Shown one piece after another: positions 1-13,328 of a stretch of DNA of 64,000 bases (position 1 is its first letter; each line of letters begins with the position of its first letter). The notes under the pieces are model-generated. The model saw only the letters and a program-made list of their open reading frames with translations, was not told where the DNA came from and searched no databases. This DNA is from Thalia democratica (taxonomy: Eukaryota): contig OZ241830.1 in assembly GCA_965202585.1 (NCBI GenBank), positions 17,980,001-18,044,000 of the forward strand. The letters run 5' to 3'. The translations under genes were made by a program, and so were the position numbers.

Positions 1-3000
1 GCATAGGCTTTTTTAAAGTAAAATGTTTAGAAGACCGTAAAAATGTTTCTAGTTTATTTAAAGCAAAAATAAAAAACGCTTAACGTAGCTAACTCATTAA
101 ACAAAATATTTGCAAAGTTCTAATTGTTTCTGTTAAGAATTGTTTGTGTGAGAGTGCTTAAAAGTATGGCTTTTACTTTAACAAAAGTAAGCATAGGCTT
201 TTTTAAAGTAAAATGTTTAGAAGACCGTAAAAATGTTTCTAGTTTATTTAAAGCAAAAATAAAAAACGCTTAACGTAGCTAATTCATTAAACTAAATATT
301 TGCAAAGTTCTAACTGTTTCCGTTAAGAATTGTTTGTGTGAGAGTGCTTAAAAGTATGGCTTTTACTTTAACGAAAAAAAGCATAGGCTTTTTTAAAGTA
401 AAATGTTTAGAAGACCGTAATAATTTTTCTAGTTTATTTAAAGCATAAATAAAAAACGCTTAACGTAGCTAATTCATTAAACAAAATATTTGCAAAGTTC
501 TAACTGTTTCCGATAAGAATTGTTTGTGTGAGAGTGCTTAAAAGTATGGCTTTTACTTTAACAAAAGTAAGCATAGGCTTTTTTAAAGTAAAATGTTTAG
601 AAGACCGTAAAAGTTTTTCTAGTTTATTTAAACCAAAAATAAAAAAAGCTTAACGTAGCTAATTCATTAAATAATATATTTGCAAAGTTCTAACTGTTTC
701 TGTTAAGAATTTTTGTGTGAGAATGCTTAAAAATATGGCTTTTACTTTAACAAAAGCAAGCATAGAGGTTTTTTAATGTGAAATATTCTGAAAACCGTAT
801 AATTTTTTTCTAAATAATTTTAAGCAAAAATAAAAGAAGCTTAACCTAGAAAATTCATAAAACAACATATTTGCAAAGTTCTAACTGTTTCTGTTAAGAA
901 TTGTTTGTGTGAGAATCCTGAAAAGTATGGCTTTTACTTTAACAAAAGTAAGCATAGGCTTTTTTAAAGTAAAACGTTTGGAAGACCCTAAAAATTTTTC
1001 TAGTTTGTTTAAAGCAAAAATAAAAAAAGCTTAACGTAGCTAATACATTAAACAACATATTTGCAAAGTTCTAATTGTTTCTGTTAAGAATTGTTTGTGT
1101 GAGAATGCTTAAAAATATTGCTAATACTTTTACAAAAGTAAGCATAGGCTTTTTTAAAGTAAAATGTTTAGAAGACGGTAAAAATTTTTCTAGTTTATTT
1201 AAAGCAAAAATAAAAGAAGCTTAACGTAGCCAATTCATTAAACTAAATACTTGCAAAGTTCTAACTGTTTCTTTTAAGAATTGTTTGTGTGAGAGTGCTT
1301 AAAAGTATGGTTTTTACTTTTACAAAAGTAAGCATAGGCTTTTTGAAAAAAAAATGTTTAGAAGACGGTAATAATTTTTCTAGTTTATTTAAAGCAAAAA
1401 TAAAAAAAGCTTAACGTAGCTAATACATTAAACTAAATATTTGCAAAGTTCTAACTGTTTCTTTTAAGAATTGTTTGTGTGAGAGTGCTTAAAAGTATGG
1501 CTTTTACTTTAACAAAAGTAAGCATAGGCTTTTTGAAAAAAAAATGTTTAGAAGACGGTAAAAATTTTCTAGTTTATTTTAAGCAAAAATAAAAAAAGCT
1601 TAAAGTAGCCAATTCATTAAACAACATATTTGCAAAGTTCTAACTGTTTCTGTTAAGAATTGTTTGTGTGAGAGTGCTGAAAAGTATGGCTTTTACTTTT
1701 ACAAAAGTAAGCATAGGCTTTTTTAAAGTAAAATATTTAGAAGACCGTTAAAATTTTTCTAGTTTATTTAAAGCAAAAATAAAAAAAGCTTAACGTAGCC
1801 AATTCATTAAACAACATATTTGCAAAGTTCTAACTGTTTCTTTTAAGAATTGTTTGTGTGAGAGTGCTTAAAAGTATGGCTTTTACTTTAACAAAAGTAA
1901 GAATAGGCTTTTTGAAAGTAAAACGTTTAGAAGACGGTAAAAGTTTCTCTAGTTTATTTAAAGCAAAAATAAAAAACGTTTAACCTAGCTAATACATTAA
2001 ACAACATATTTGCAAAGTTCTAATTGTTTCTGTTAGTATTGTTTGTGTGAGAGTGCTTAAAAGTATGGCTTTTACTTTAACAAAAGTAAGCATAGGCTTT
2101 TTTAAAGTAAAATGTTTAGATAACCGTAAAAATGTTTCTAGTTTATTTAAAGCAAAAATAAAAAACGCTTAACGTAGCTAATTCATTAAACAAAATATTT
2201 GCAAAGTTCTAATTGTTTCTGTTAAGAATTGTTTGTGTGAGAGTGCTTAAAATTATTGCTTTTACTTTAACAAAAGTAAGCATAGGCTTTTTTAAAGTAA
2301 AATGTTTAGAAGACCGTAAAAATGTTTCTAGTTTATTTAAAGCAAAAATAAAAAACGCTTAACGTAGCTAATTCATTAAACTAAATATTTGCAAAGTTCT
2401 AACTGTTTCCGTTAAGAATTGTTTGTGTGAGAGTGCTTAAAAGTATGGCTTTTACTTTAACAAAAAAAAGCATAGGCTTTTTTAAAGTAAAATGTTTAGA
2501 AGACCGTAATAATTTTTCTAGTTTATTTAAAGCAAAAATAAAAAACGCTTAACGTAGCTAATTCATTAAACAAAATATTTGCAAAGTTCTAACTGTTTCC
2601 GATAAGAATTGTTTGTGTGAGAGTGCTTAAAAGTATGGCTTTTACTTTAACAAAAGTAAGCATAGGCTTTTTTAAAGTAAAATGTTTAGAAGACGGTAAA
2701 AGTTTTTCTAGTTTATTTAAACCAAAAATAAAAAAAGCTTAACGTAGCTAATTCATTAAATAATATATTTGCAAAGTTCTAACTGTTTCTGTTAAGAATT
2801 TTTTGTGTGAGAATGCTTAAAAATATGGCTTTTACTTTAACAAAAGCAAGCATAGAGGTTTTTTATTGTGAAATATTCTGAAAACCGTATAATTTTTTTC
2901 TAAATAATTTTAAGCAAAAATAAAAGAAGCTTAACCTAGAAAATTCATAAAACAACATATTTGCAAAGTTCTAACTGTTTCTGTTAAGAATTGTTTGTGT

Positions 3001-4230
3001 GAGAATCCTGAAAAGTATGGCTTTTACTTTAACAAAAGTAAGCATAGGCTTTTTTAAAGTAAAACGTTTAGAAAACCCTAAAAATTTTTCTAGTTTGTTT
3101 AAAGCCAAAATAAAAAAAGCTTAACGTAGCTAATACATTAAACAACATATTTGCAAAGTTCTAATTGTTTCTGTTAAGAATTGTTTGTCTGAGAATGCTT
3201 AAAAATATGGCTAATACTTTTACAAAAGTAAGCATAGGCTTTTTTAAAGTAAAATGTTTAGAAGACCGTAAAAATTTTTTAAGTTTATTTAAAGCAAAAA
3301 TAAAAAAAGCTTAACGTAGCCAATTCATTAAGCAAAATATTTGCAAAGTTTTAACTGTTTCCGATAAGAATTTTTTGTGTGAGAGTGCTTAAAAGTATGG
3401 CTTTTACTTTAACAAAAGTAAGCATAGGCTTTTTTAAAGTAAAATGTTTAGAAGACCGTAAAAGTTTTTCTAGTTTATTTAAACCAAAAATAAAAAAAGC
3501 TTAACGTAGCTAATTCATTAAATAATATATTTGCAAAGTTCTAACTGTTTCTGTTAAGAATTTTTTGTGTGAGAATGCTTAAAAATATGGCTTTTACTTT
3601 AACAAAAGCAAGCATAGAGGTTTTTTAATGTGAAATATTCTGAAAACCGTATAATTTTTTTCTAAATAATTTTAAGCAAAAATAAAAGAAGCTTAACCTA
3701 GAAACTTCATAAAACAACATATTTGCAAAGTTCTAACTGTTTCTGTTAAGAATTGTTTGTGTGAGAATCCTGAAAAGTATGGCTTTTACTTTAACAAAAG
3801 TAAGCATAGGCTTTTTTAAAGTAAAACGTTTGGAAGACCCTAAAAATTTTTCTAGTTTGTTTAAAGCAAAAATAAAAAAAGCTTAACGTAGCTAATACAT
3901 TAAACAACATATTTGCAAAGTTCTAATTGTTTCTGTTAAGAATTGTATGTGTGAGAATGCTTAAAAATATGGCTAATACTTTTACAAAAGTAAGCATAGG
4001 CTTTTTTAAAGTAAAATGTTTAAAAGACCGTAAAAATTTTTTTTAGTTTTTTTAAAGCAAAAATAAAAAAAGCTTAACGTAGCCAATTCATTAAACAATA
4101 TATTTGCAAAGTTCTAACTGTTTATGTTAAGAATTGTTTGTGTGAGAGTGTTTAGAAATATGGCTTTTACTTTGACAAAAGTAAGCATAGGCTTTTTTAA
4201 ATATAAAATTTTTGAAGACCGTAAAATTTT
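1..4230. repeat. Tandem satellite, ~190-bp monomer, ~22 copies visible (runs off the left edge), with higher-order repeat structure
   Basis: GCATAGGC monomer starts at 1, 191, 381, 571, 760, 952, 1142, 1332, 1522, 1711, 1901, 2090, 2280, 2470, 2660, 2850, 3042, 3232, 3422, 3612, 3804, 3994 and 4185 (partial). Confidence 0.98.
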
Positions 4231-7200
4231 CAATACACTCAATTTAAAAAAACTATATAAAAAAATATTATAGATTAAAAAGTTGTACTTATTACAATAG
4301 TTTAAGAGTATAAGAAAGGGGTAAAAATTGGGAGTTTGATAACAAGAGGTTTATAACCTAAACTCAAAAGTGAAAGGTGATAAACTTTCATATCATTATC
4401 GATTAAATTTTCTTATTTTTAGGGTTTTCTTTTTCTACATATGTTTATTTATTTATTTTTATTTATAAGTTTATATCATTGCATTAATTTTTACCGATTA
4501 TTAATAATTTTTTATATCAATCATTATTGATATTATTATTTTATTACAGTTAAATATTTCTTAATTTAATTTTTTTATAGTTATATTATTATTTCCTTTA
4601 TCTATCTACATTATTAATTTTTCTGATATACATCGATTATATATATTTATTCTATTATTATTTTTATTGATGTTCATCTTTTTAATAATTTTATTAATTA
4701 TAATTTTTTTTTTATATTTTATTTCATCAATAAAAAAAATAACCGCTAGGTTTTGTGAGTCCGGTCCAGACTTGTCAATCTTGATTAATAAAACATACTT
4801 CTAAAATTTAAAAAGTTATTTCGTAAAGATTGACAAGTTTTAAAAAGTTCGTCGGTAGTTTGGCTTGATATATGCAAATTAGCAAAAGTTCGTCGAAAAA
4901 GTTCGTCAAAAAAGACGACTATAATTTTTTGTCAATCAAGTTATCGGTTTTACTTAAAAGAATGGCATCAGTGTAGTATAAACAGTTATTTCAACCAACA
5001 TATTTTAAACTTTCATTTTAAGCTTTGGTTTTTCAAGCTGGCTGCTTATTCTCAAAAAATGACAACCATGTATTAGGACCACCTTAAAAGTACATGTACT
5101 TAACCTTTTAATCTAAGTTAACTATGTTGTTGCAATGAGTTTATAAGTCATTAAAACTTATTAAAATGAAAACGTGTACTACTTTGCCAAATATTTATTT
5201 TTTAAGTTTGTATAGTAGTTAACCAAAACAGGTTTTTACCTTGTTTTCACATGTTTTACTTTTGTAATTTTTTTTTTCGGTTTTTGTTTCTAAAGTTTAC
5301 TTAAACCATGAGGCTTTTTTACTGTCTAGCCTTATTATATTAAGTAAACATTTTTGTTAAAAATAATTTTTTTTAAACAACTTTAAATTAAGTTAAATAA
5401 ATCTAAAATTATTAAATTTATTTACACTTCAGGCTAATTCAGGTTTAATTAATAGTTTGTTGCGAAACTTAAGTATTTTGGATATTTTTTAAACACCAGG
5501 TCTTATTTTATAATTTATTTTTTTTTTATTGATTTCCGACAAGATTTCTCTTGAAACTACCATTGAATACACCTAAGGCCCTTTTTTATGTTATTCGTCA
5601 TCAAATCCATGACATCTAGTGTAATATCTAATTATGGCCTTTTGGCTCTTCCTTTTACAGTTTGTGGCCCACTAGATTTACTAAAGTTTTCTCATATTAT
5701 TTAGTTTAAGTTTCAGAACTACTATTAAACCGCCTAAAACCTGTTTTTTTTTTGCTCTTCATCTTAGACACCAGAAACTATCTAGTGTAAATTTCAAATT
5801 ATGACCTCATGGCTATCCTGTGGCCCCTTTACAGCTCATACCCAACCCTAGATTATGATTTCCTCCCTTTGCTGCTTATGGCCGCCTAACTTTCTGTAAT
5901 GGCCCCCAAGAAAGGCACTTGGCCCACTTTAGAAAATCCTTATGTAAACTAATCAAGAAAATTCACTATCTCTAAAATTTCAACTTTCTATCAATAATGT
6001 TAAATGCTATCTAAAAGTTGTATAACTTCACTTGTTTATTTGTTGAAAGAAAAATGCAGTAAATTTCTTGTCTATTTTTAAATAAAGCATTTACTAGTCA
6101 GCTTTATCACATTAGTATATCACAGGGTTTTTACTATGTTATATAGTATAGTTCATTTATCAACAAAAAAAAACTCAAAATATTTTTTCTAAGACTCATG
6201 GTATAAACAAACTTTTCATTATGGGTTATTTTATATTTTATTTTTTTAAAGTTTTTATTCATTTAGTTCATTAAAAATAAAAGACTCCTGTCTCTGTTTT
6301 TAAGTTAGTTGGTACATCTTATTTATTTTAAAATAACAAAGTAAATTTGTTACTAGCTTTTAACAAAAAACTTTTAAAAATACTCCAGTTTTTAAACATT
6401 TATATATAATTTAATCAAACAAGTTTTACAAAAAAATTGTAATTAGCTGAAATCTAAACAAAAAACTTTAAACAAGTTAAAAGCTTTAAAACAAAATTTA
6501 AAAACATAGTTAACTTTATTAGTAGATTATAACTTATAAATAGAAAATTAAAACTTGAATTTTCAGTTTGGAAAATAAAATTTTCAAAATTTAAAAATAA
6601 AATTTGACTATGAAAAGTTTACTGGTTTTAGTATTGACAGCGATTAAATATATTCAAAATCAAAAACCATTTAAAACACTCTTGTTAAATGTCAATTTTA
6701 AGACAACATTGCAACTTTATTATACTAATGTCGCGGTCAAGTAGATTATTTGAAATAGTCAATTTTTTTTACTTCAGTTAAAATAACTTGATCAAACCTA
6801 AAAATAATATATGCTTAAATATAACCTAATTTTCAATTAGTATATATATTATAAATATATAGAATTGTTCCTAATTTAAACATTTTCTAACAATTATTTT
6901 TCATAATTGTTAACTAATAAATGCATAGTTAATTTAAAGTAAAACTGTTATACCAATGTTCTTTAAAAATTGTGCAGAATCTAAAATTTGTAATTAACAC
7001 AAACATTTTCAGATGAAATTTTTATGGGAATTAGTTAGTAGCTTCCTTATAAAATCAGGGTCTTAGAATATTGTTTTAAATTTATTATCACATTCAAAAA
7101 TATGTATTAAGACTAGTTCCACCTCTTTTTAATTAGCGTACAGCACAAAAGTGAAAGTTATTTATTCTTGCATTGAAAATCTAATCTTTGTTACTAAACA

Positions 7201-7384
7201 TAGTTGTTTACATTGTTAATTTTAATATTTAAAATTTAGTAACATAGAACAATCAAATCTGTGAAATAAGTTTTCTTTTGTTAAACAACTATATAATTAA
7301 ACAGCTAAGACTTTTTTTTTCTTTTTGAAAGCGTAGCAAAGATTATATTTGAGTTGTATAAACAAAGTAGGTGTCCAAAATGAG

Positions 7385-7750
7385 GGGTACTTTTGCATGA
7401 AGGGTCAAATATGCACAAAGACGCTATTGTACAAAGAAACTTTGCACGGTTGAAAATGTTTCAAGTTTTTTTTATTAAATCATTATTGTTTTTACTGTTA
7501 TTCCTAACCCTTAACCTAAGTCGGTAATGTGTTCTTATTATTTCATAACTTATTTTATATGATTCTTTTTATTTTTTAGTTGTTTTCTATTAAAATAATT
7601 TATAAGATTTTTTTTGTCACTGTTACCTCTAACCCTTACTTAAAGTCAGTAACTTTTTTTTTTCTTTTATGATTTTAATTAGTTTTTTTACTGTTTTAAT
7701 TTTTTTGTTCTCATTTAATTTTTTACCATTACTTTTACCTCTAACCTACT
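7385..7750. mobile_element. Degenerate non-autonomous element fragment with ACTTTTGCA(C) and CCTAACCC motifs
   Basis: Shares motifs with 18234-18323 and 45650-46070. Paralogous copy at ~49520-49890. No clear termini. Confidence 0.4.
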
Positions 7751-8117
7751 GTTGGGAACACAAAGCTTTTAGGGCACACGAAACTCACGAAATTTTTAGA
7801 TAAAACAAAAAAAAATTTTAGTCTTAATACTGTATTTATTTAATTAAAGCAGCTTAGTTTAATGTTAAAGTTGAATCTAGCCCTGGTCTTTAATTTAGCT
7901 TTTAGTTTATTGTCCATTTTACTCTCATGATCTATTTTAGTATTAAATTATGGACATCATTCTTTATATAAATAATGCATTGAAGTCACAACCCACAGCT
8001 GAAAAATGGAAATGTGCAAAGTCCATTGACTTATGTGGAAGAAGCTGTCATCCAGCTAATATCATGATTTACCACCAAATTAATAGGTTATTGTTTTCTG
8101 ATTTACTACGAATATTA

Positions 8118-8460
8118 CAGGGTTGCCAGTTTACCTGGAAAAACCTGGAATTTGACAATTTAGGCAGAAAAAAAAAGAAAAAACATTAATTACTAACAAT
8201 TTTGACATGTTCAGTAGTAGAATTTAATTTGAATTAAAAAAAATCATAAAATAAATTTTAAGAATTTGTCGTCATCAAATTTTTTATATTAAATAACAAA
8301 ATTATAAGTTTTACAGTATGTTTTTTATGCTTTTTAACACAGTTTCTTACCTTAAACATAACTTTAAACTAAAAACAGACTTGAAAAAGTCTACTTTTTT
8401 AAACCTGGGAGAAATTTGGATAACCTGTAGAAAAAAATTTTTAAACGAGTAGCAACCCTG
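8118..8460. mobile_element. MITE with CAGGGTTGC terminal inverted repeats (hAT-like termini)
   Basis: CAGGGTTGC at 8118 and GCAACCCTG ending at 8460. ATATTA on both flanks (possible TSD). Internal ACCTGG repeats; non-coding. Confidence 0.75.
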
Positions 8461-11400
8461 ATATTAGTAATTTATAGAATTTCGCTTAATGTAGAAAGTT
8501 ATGTTTTTTTCATCAAAATTATTATTATTACCTACTTTTTAAATTACAAAATTGTTCATATAAGGTTGTCCACTTGATAATGATGTTATTAGTCAAGTAA
8601 TAGTTAAAGTTTAGAACTATCTTCTATATTTACAGAAAAAAATAAGAACATTAATTTAATAAAAAAATACTTATATTGAGATAAAAACAATTAGAATATG
8701 GTAAAAATATTCTTCAAATAGATACATGGTAGTAGTGGTGAATAAATTTTAGTGACAATTTTAAGTTTTTAATAATTCAAAATTATACAATTATTATATT
8801 ATTATATATCAATAATTAGATAATGCATACAAACTCTATAACAATTATAGGGTTTAGTTAATACTTAGTTGCCACATACTGAGGCTAGTTTGAATTTTAT
8901 ATAGGTTTTTTGAAAAAATAAGGCTGGCTCATCATATTCTGGGGTTCTTTTGTAAATCTCAGGCTAATTAGCTATGATTTTAATAGATTTCTAGTTACTT
9001 TAATTTATTAGTTCTAAGATTTGAAAACTTAGTTCTTGAAAAATATCTTTATTTTTTACCTGTTTTGTTCTGTTGTTCTAACAAAAAAAAATTAACTAAT
9101 TATTTTCGTGTTTTAATTTGTCTTATAAGTTCTTTTTTCATTTATTTTTATTAATCAAGATGATTAGAGTAATTTGATGTAACTCAGGATAGATTTTTTT
9201 TACTCTAAACAAAGATTTTTACTCTAAAAAATTGCAAACCTTTTAATAACCAGTTTAAGTATCAGTATCATTTAGAGTTGTCAAACACTCAGCCTAGTTA
9301 AACTTTTCTTAAAAATACAGTCTTAATAGGCATTTTTTTCTTGCGAAAGGTAGTCTAGTTCTGGAATTTCTATTAATTTTCTGAATAGATTGTGTCAAAT
9401 TTTTTTTGAACAGTATGAATGTTTTTAGATTTTAATTTTTTAATCATAATGTTACTTCAAGTATACTGCTACATACTTTTTAGCTTTTGCTTTCTCTTTT
9501 CTATTTTAAACTTAAGTTGACTCAAACTAGTTTGTTGTAACTCTCACAGAGTGACACATACTTAGAATAATTCAGAATAGTATAAATTGCTTGCAGTTTC
9601 AAGGATAGTTTATAAAAAAAATTGAATCTTATTTCAATGTTTTTTCTTTCATGGAATGTAATTTCTTTGTTATAGTTTGAATTTTATGTTTTTTTCTTTA
9701 AAGTTCCTATTTTTCAGATATTTTAAATTTTTTATTTTAAAGTTCACTCATTTCAAATATTTATTTATGATTTTTTTATAAATAACTTAAAACATTTAAG
9801 GCTTATGATAGATTTTTGACTCAAAGAGTAACAACCCTACTTATACTTGTTACTCAGGCTGATTTTTTTTTTAGTTTTAACAAAAGCAAACTTAACAATT
9901 ATTATTGAACTGCTTACTCGAGGTCTAATTTTTTTATTTAGAAAATATATAAATGCAGTAATTTCAATAATTTAACTAAAAGATTTATAGTATGTGATTT
10001 AAAAGATGATGTAGCTTTATGTTTAACAAACACTTTTAAAAAGGCTGAAAAGTTTTTTTGTGTTTTGTCTATATATAATTTTACATACATTTAAAAGTTT
10101 AGTATTTGTGAAATATTACTTTTTTTTTCTGTTTTAGTTAGACTCAAGTAAAAAAACAGTTTAACATTTTACATTTTAAAAGGTACTTCTGGGATCTTTA
10201 GTTGTTTTACAATACTTAAGCTTTAAAAAAACTGTTAATTGATATCCCTTTCAGTGTTTTTATTATATAATTACAAAAATAAAGGTAGTTAAAAGTTATT
10301 TTGATATTCTTATCAAAACTTAAACAAATAAGGATTTTTAAAAATGTTTATGTTAGTTTATAATTTATTTTTTAAAGCTAAGGCTATATTTTAATATAAA
10401 TTAACAACTCTTTTTGTCTTAAAATAAATGTTTCAAATAATCTGTTTCTTATAACTATTATGTTCGAGGTTACTAACAAGATCGCCACAAATTCAGAATA
10501 TTCCGGGTTACTTTGTAACTTTTGAAAATCTCAGTATAACACATGATAACTCAAGAAATTTTAAATTTGTTTTCTAAACTCCGGCTGGCTCAGATAGTTT
10601 TTTTTATCTAAATACAGTTTTAAAATTTCAGGTAGTTTTTTCTACCTTTAAAGTGAGAAATAAGTGATTTAATTTCAATATTTTTTACTTTGTGGTAATT
10701 TTTGTTTAAGAGCTTGATTTATCTTGCCTTTGAAAAGTTTAAAATTAAAAAAAAAATCCTGGGTGACTGCAGTTCAGTTCAAAATCATTCAAGACAGTTT
10801 CTAAACATACAAATCAGTTTTGACTAAAAAGATTACAGCCCTGTCAAACTTTATTAACAACATTTACTTTCAATGTTTGACTTGTTAATCTAAAACAAGT
10901 TCTTTGGTGTTAGTATAACTAGGTTTAATTTTATTTCAAATTATTAATAGTCATTTTAACTGATCTAACTTCTTTTATTAAACTCAGCTAAAATCAAAAG
11001 TTAACACAATATCAAGTATTAAATGTTTACAGTAAAATATTTAATTTACTGTATAATACCAATCTTAATAGTCATAACAATTTTTGATATTTTTTGATAC
11101 TGATTAAATTAGATTATAAAGCAAATGACATTTAGCTGTTTAAAAAACAGAGTTTTCATACACTCAAACTACTCGGAATAACTTTATTGCTATTTTAAAA
11201 GTTTCGAGACTTAGGCACAGAATTTTTTTTTGAAAAACTTATGCTGACACATGTTTGATTGATTATTTTTTGAAAAATTCAGACTAGATTGATATTTTTC
11301 TGAATGTTAGACTATTTTACATATTTACTATGTTTTGATTAATTTATGTTAGATTCATTTAAGCTTTGTTAATTTGTTATTAAGCTTTTAGCAAAAATAA

Positions 11401-12742
11401 ATACATTTCTTCTTATTTAGACTAGCTTAAAGAATTACAAACTGGTTTTTGGTCAATTAAGATTGTTTTTATACTTGAAAGAGTGACAAACTCGAAACTA
11501 AATTGATAAGCCATGCTAAAATCTTAAAATACAGTACTTATTTGTAACTAACTTCATAAGAAAATATAGTTAAAATATAATTTTTTAGTTTTTTACCAGA
11601 AAAAAGTGACAATCAATTACAACCCTGATTTTTTCTTGAAATGCAGAAATTCAGTCTATGAAAGAAAAAACATCAGCATCAAATGTACAGAGATAAAGAT
11701 ATATACATTATTTTGAATATAGCTGTTTTTAATTCGTTTTTTTATGTTCATATTTTTCTATTTGTTTAATATCATTTGTAATAAGATAATACTCACAAAG
11801 TAAACGATAAAGAATTAGTTTAAGTATGTATTTAATATTATTAATTTTTTTTTAGAATACTGTACTTGGGTTTTAGTAGTGATTGCGGATATGTGCTCAA
11901 TTAATAAGTATGTAAGACAAAGCCATATAACTAAAATATCACTGTGAAAATAAGGTAAACCAAAAAAAAAGTTTCATTAAAACTAAGATGAAATATTAAA
12001 TTTCAGCTTGTGTTATCAAAAAGTTTTCATGTAAATATAAACTTAGTAATGATATATTAGCGCCGCTAGTGGGTTCCATGAAAACATATCTCATTAACAA
12101 AAAGCTTCAAAAACATCTTTTTAAAATGAAATATATTAATAAAAGTGTTTACGTAGTCCTACCGCTAGCGGCACTTTTTAAAATAGTATCTTGGGGACCC
12201 AATTTATGTTTTGCAGTTTGGTGTACACAGATTCTGATTAGCTTGAAGATCACTGGCTTAATATATATACCACTAGCTAAGTCTACTTTAAATATTTGTT
12301 CTGATTAAATTCTCATAGTAAAATAAGAAAAACAAAAATTATTAAAAACTTTTTTGCACAATAAAATACATTCTATGCATACTAGTCTTACAACCATCTT
12401 GCAGAGCATTTTACTATTAAACAGCAAGAGAAATAAGCAGATTCTAAAGTATTTTTAAAAAACTAGACATTTTTTTACGTTACTTCAAAGAAAAGTACAG
12501 CTTTAAGCTATGAATCAAACAAGACTAGACTTAAGGTTTTGACTTAAAATATGATAATGAGAGTTTTGTTATAAAATTTAACAAAATTAATTTGTTTTAT
12601 ATTTTTTTAAATAAAATAGTCAAAATTTTCATACGTTTCTTTCATTTTAGTATTATTATTACTTAAAAAGTAAACTTGAAAGTATTTAATAATCATTTTA
12701 AACAGGTTTTAAAAATTTGAAATATTAAAATTAAAAATAATA

Positions 12743-13328
12743 ATGGAGTACGAATGTTGTATATGCCTGGATAGGTTATTCAAAGTAGACTCAGAAGTAT
12801 CTGTCACACCGTGTGGTCATACCTTTCATAAAGACTGCATATCAAACGTAATAAAAGGTGAGAATAAGACATGTCCAATTTGTAGACAAGATTTACAGGA
12901 AGAAAAAGTAGTTAAAGTTCACTTTAATGTGAATAAAGAACTTGACTACAGTGATTGTTCAAATGATACTTTGATCTTCTTTGATAAAGTTGTTGAGTAT
13001 GAAGCAAACAAAAGGATGACTATGGTAAAAATCATTAAGAAATTAGATAAAGAAAATACCCGTCTAAAGGAAACTTACAAAACCAACTTTAAAGGCTACA
13101 GCTTGTGTAAGGTGTTATTGAGAGGTTTCCAGAAAGAAATTAAAAACTTGCATGAAAAAATCAGTAAGCTAAAATTAACAAATGGTGGGTTGATTGCTGA
13201 GATAAGAAGATTGTTTAATGAGAAAGAAGAAATTATTGAAGAGGAAAAGTCAGAGATTAAAGAAAATGAAATTGATGTAAATACTTGTGAAGAAGCTATC
13301 AACAATATTGAAGCAATAATTAGTAAAG
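12743..13328 (+). CDS. Unit A RING-CC-Kelch gene, coding exon 1: RING-H2 (C3H2C3, TRAIP-like spacing) plus coiled coil
   Basis: CCIC..CGHTFHKDC..CPIC motif, then a K/E-rich helical region. Phase-1 donor AAAG|GTTTGT at 13329. Copy C has a 1-nt indel just downstream of this donor, as expected for an intron. Confidence 0.9.

Noticed and set aside
7500-7745. Telomeric repeat remnants (CCTAACCC)
   Set aside because: These are isolated imperfect motifs inside a dispersed element, not a tandem telomere array.
10708-10800. Minus-strand exon-like island (ETVLNDFELNCSHPG) conserved in three units
   Set aside because: Only a GC donor is available, and the A-run length differs by 1 nt in copy C. It cannot be joined into a gene model, so it is left as a conserved non-coding island.
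12743-13328. Assigning the symbol TRAIP/NOPO or a KLHL number
   Set aside because: Only the RING spacing resembles TRAIP. The Kelch fusion and absence of BTB make orthology unsupportable without a phylogeny.
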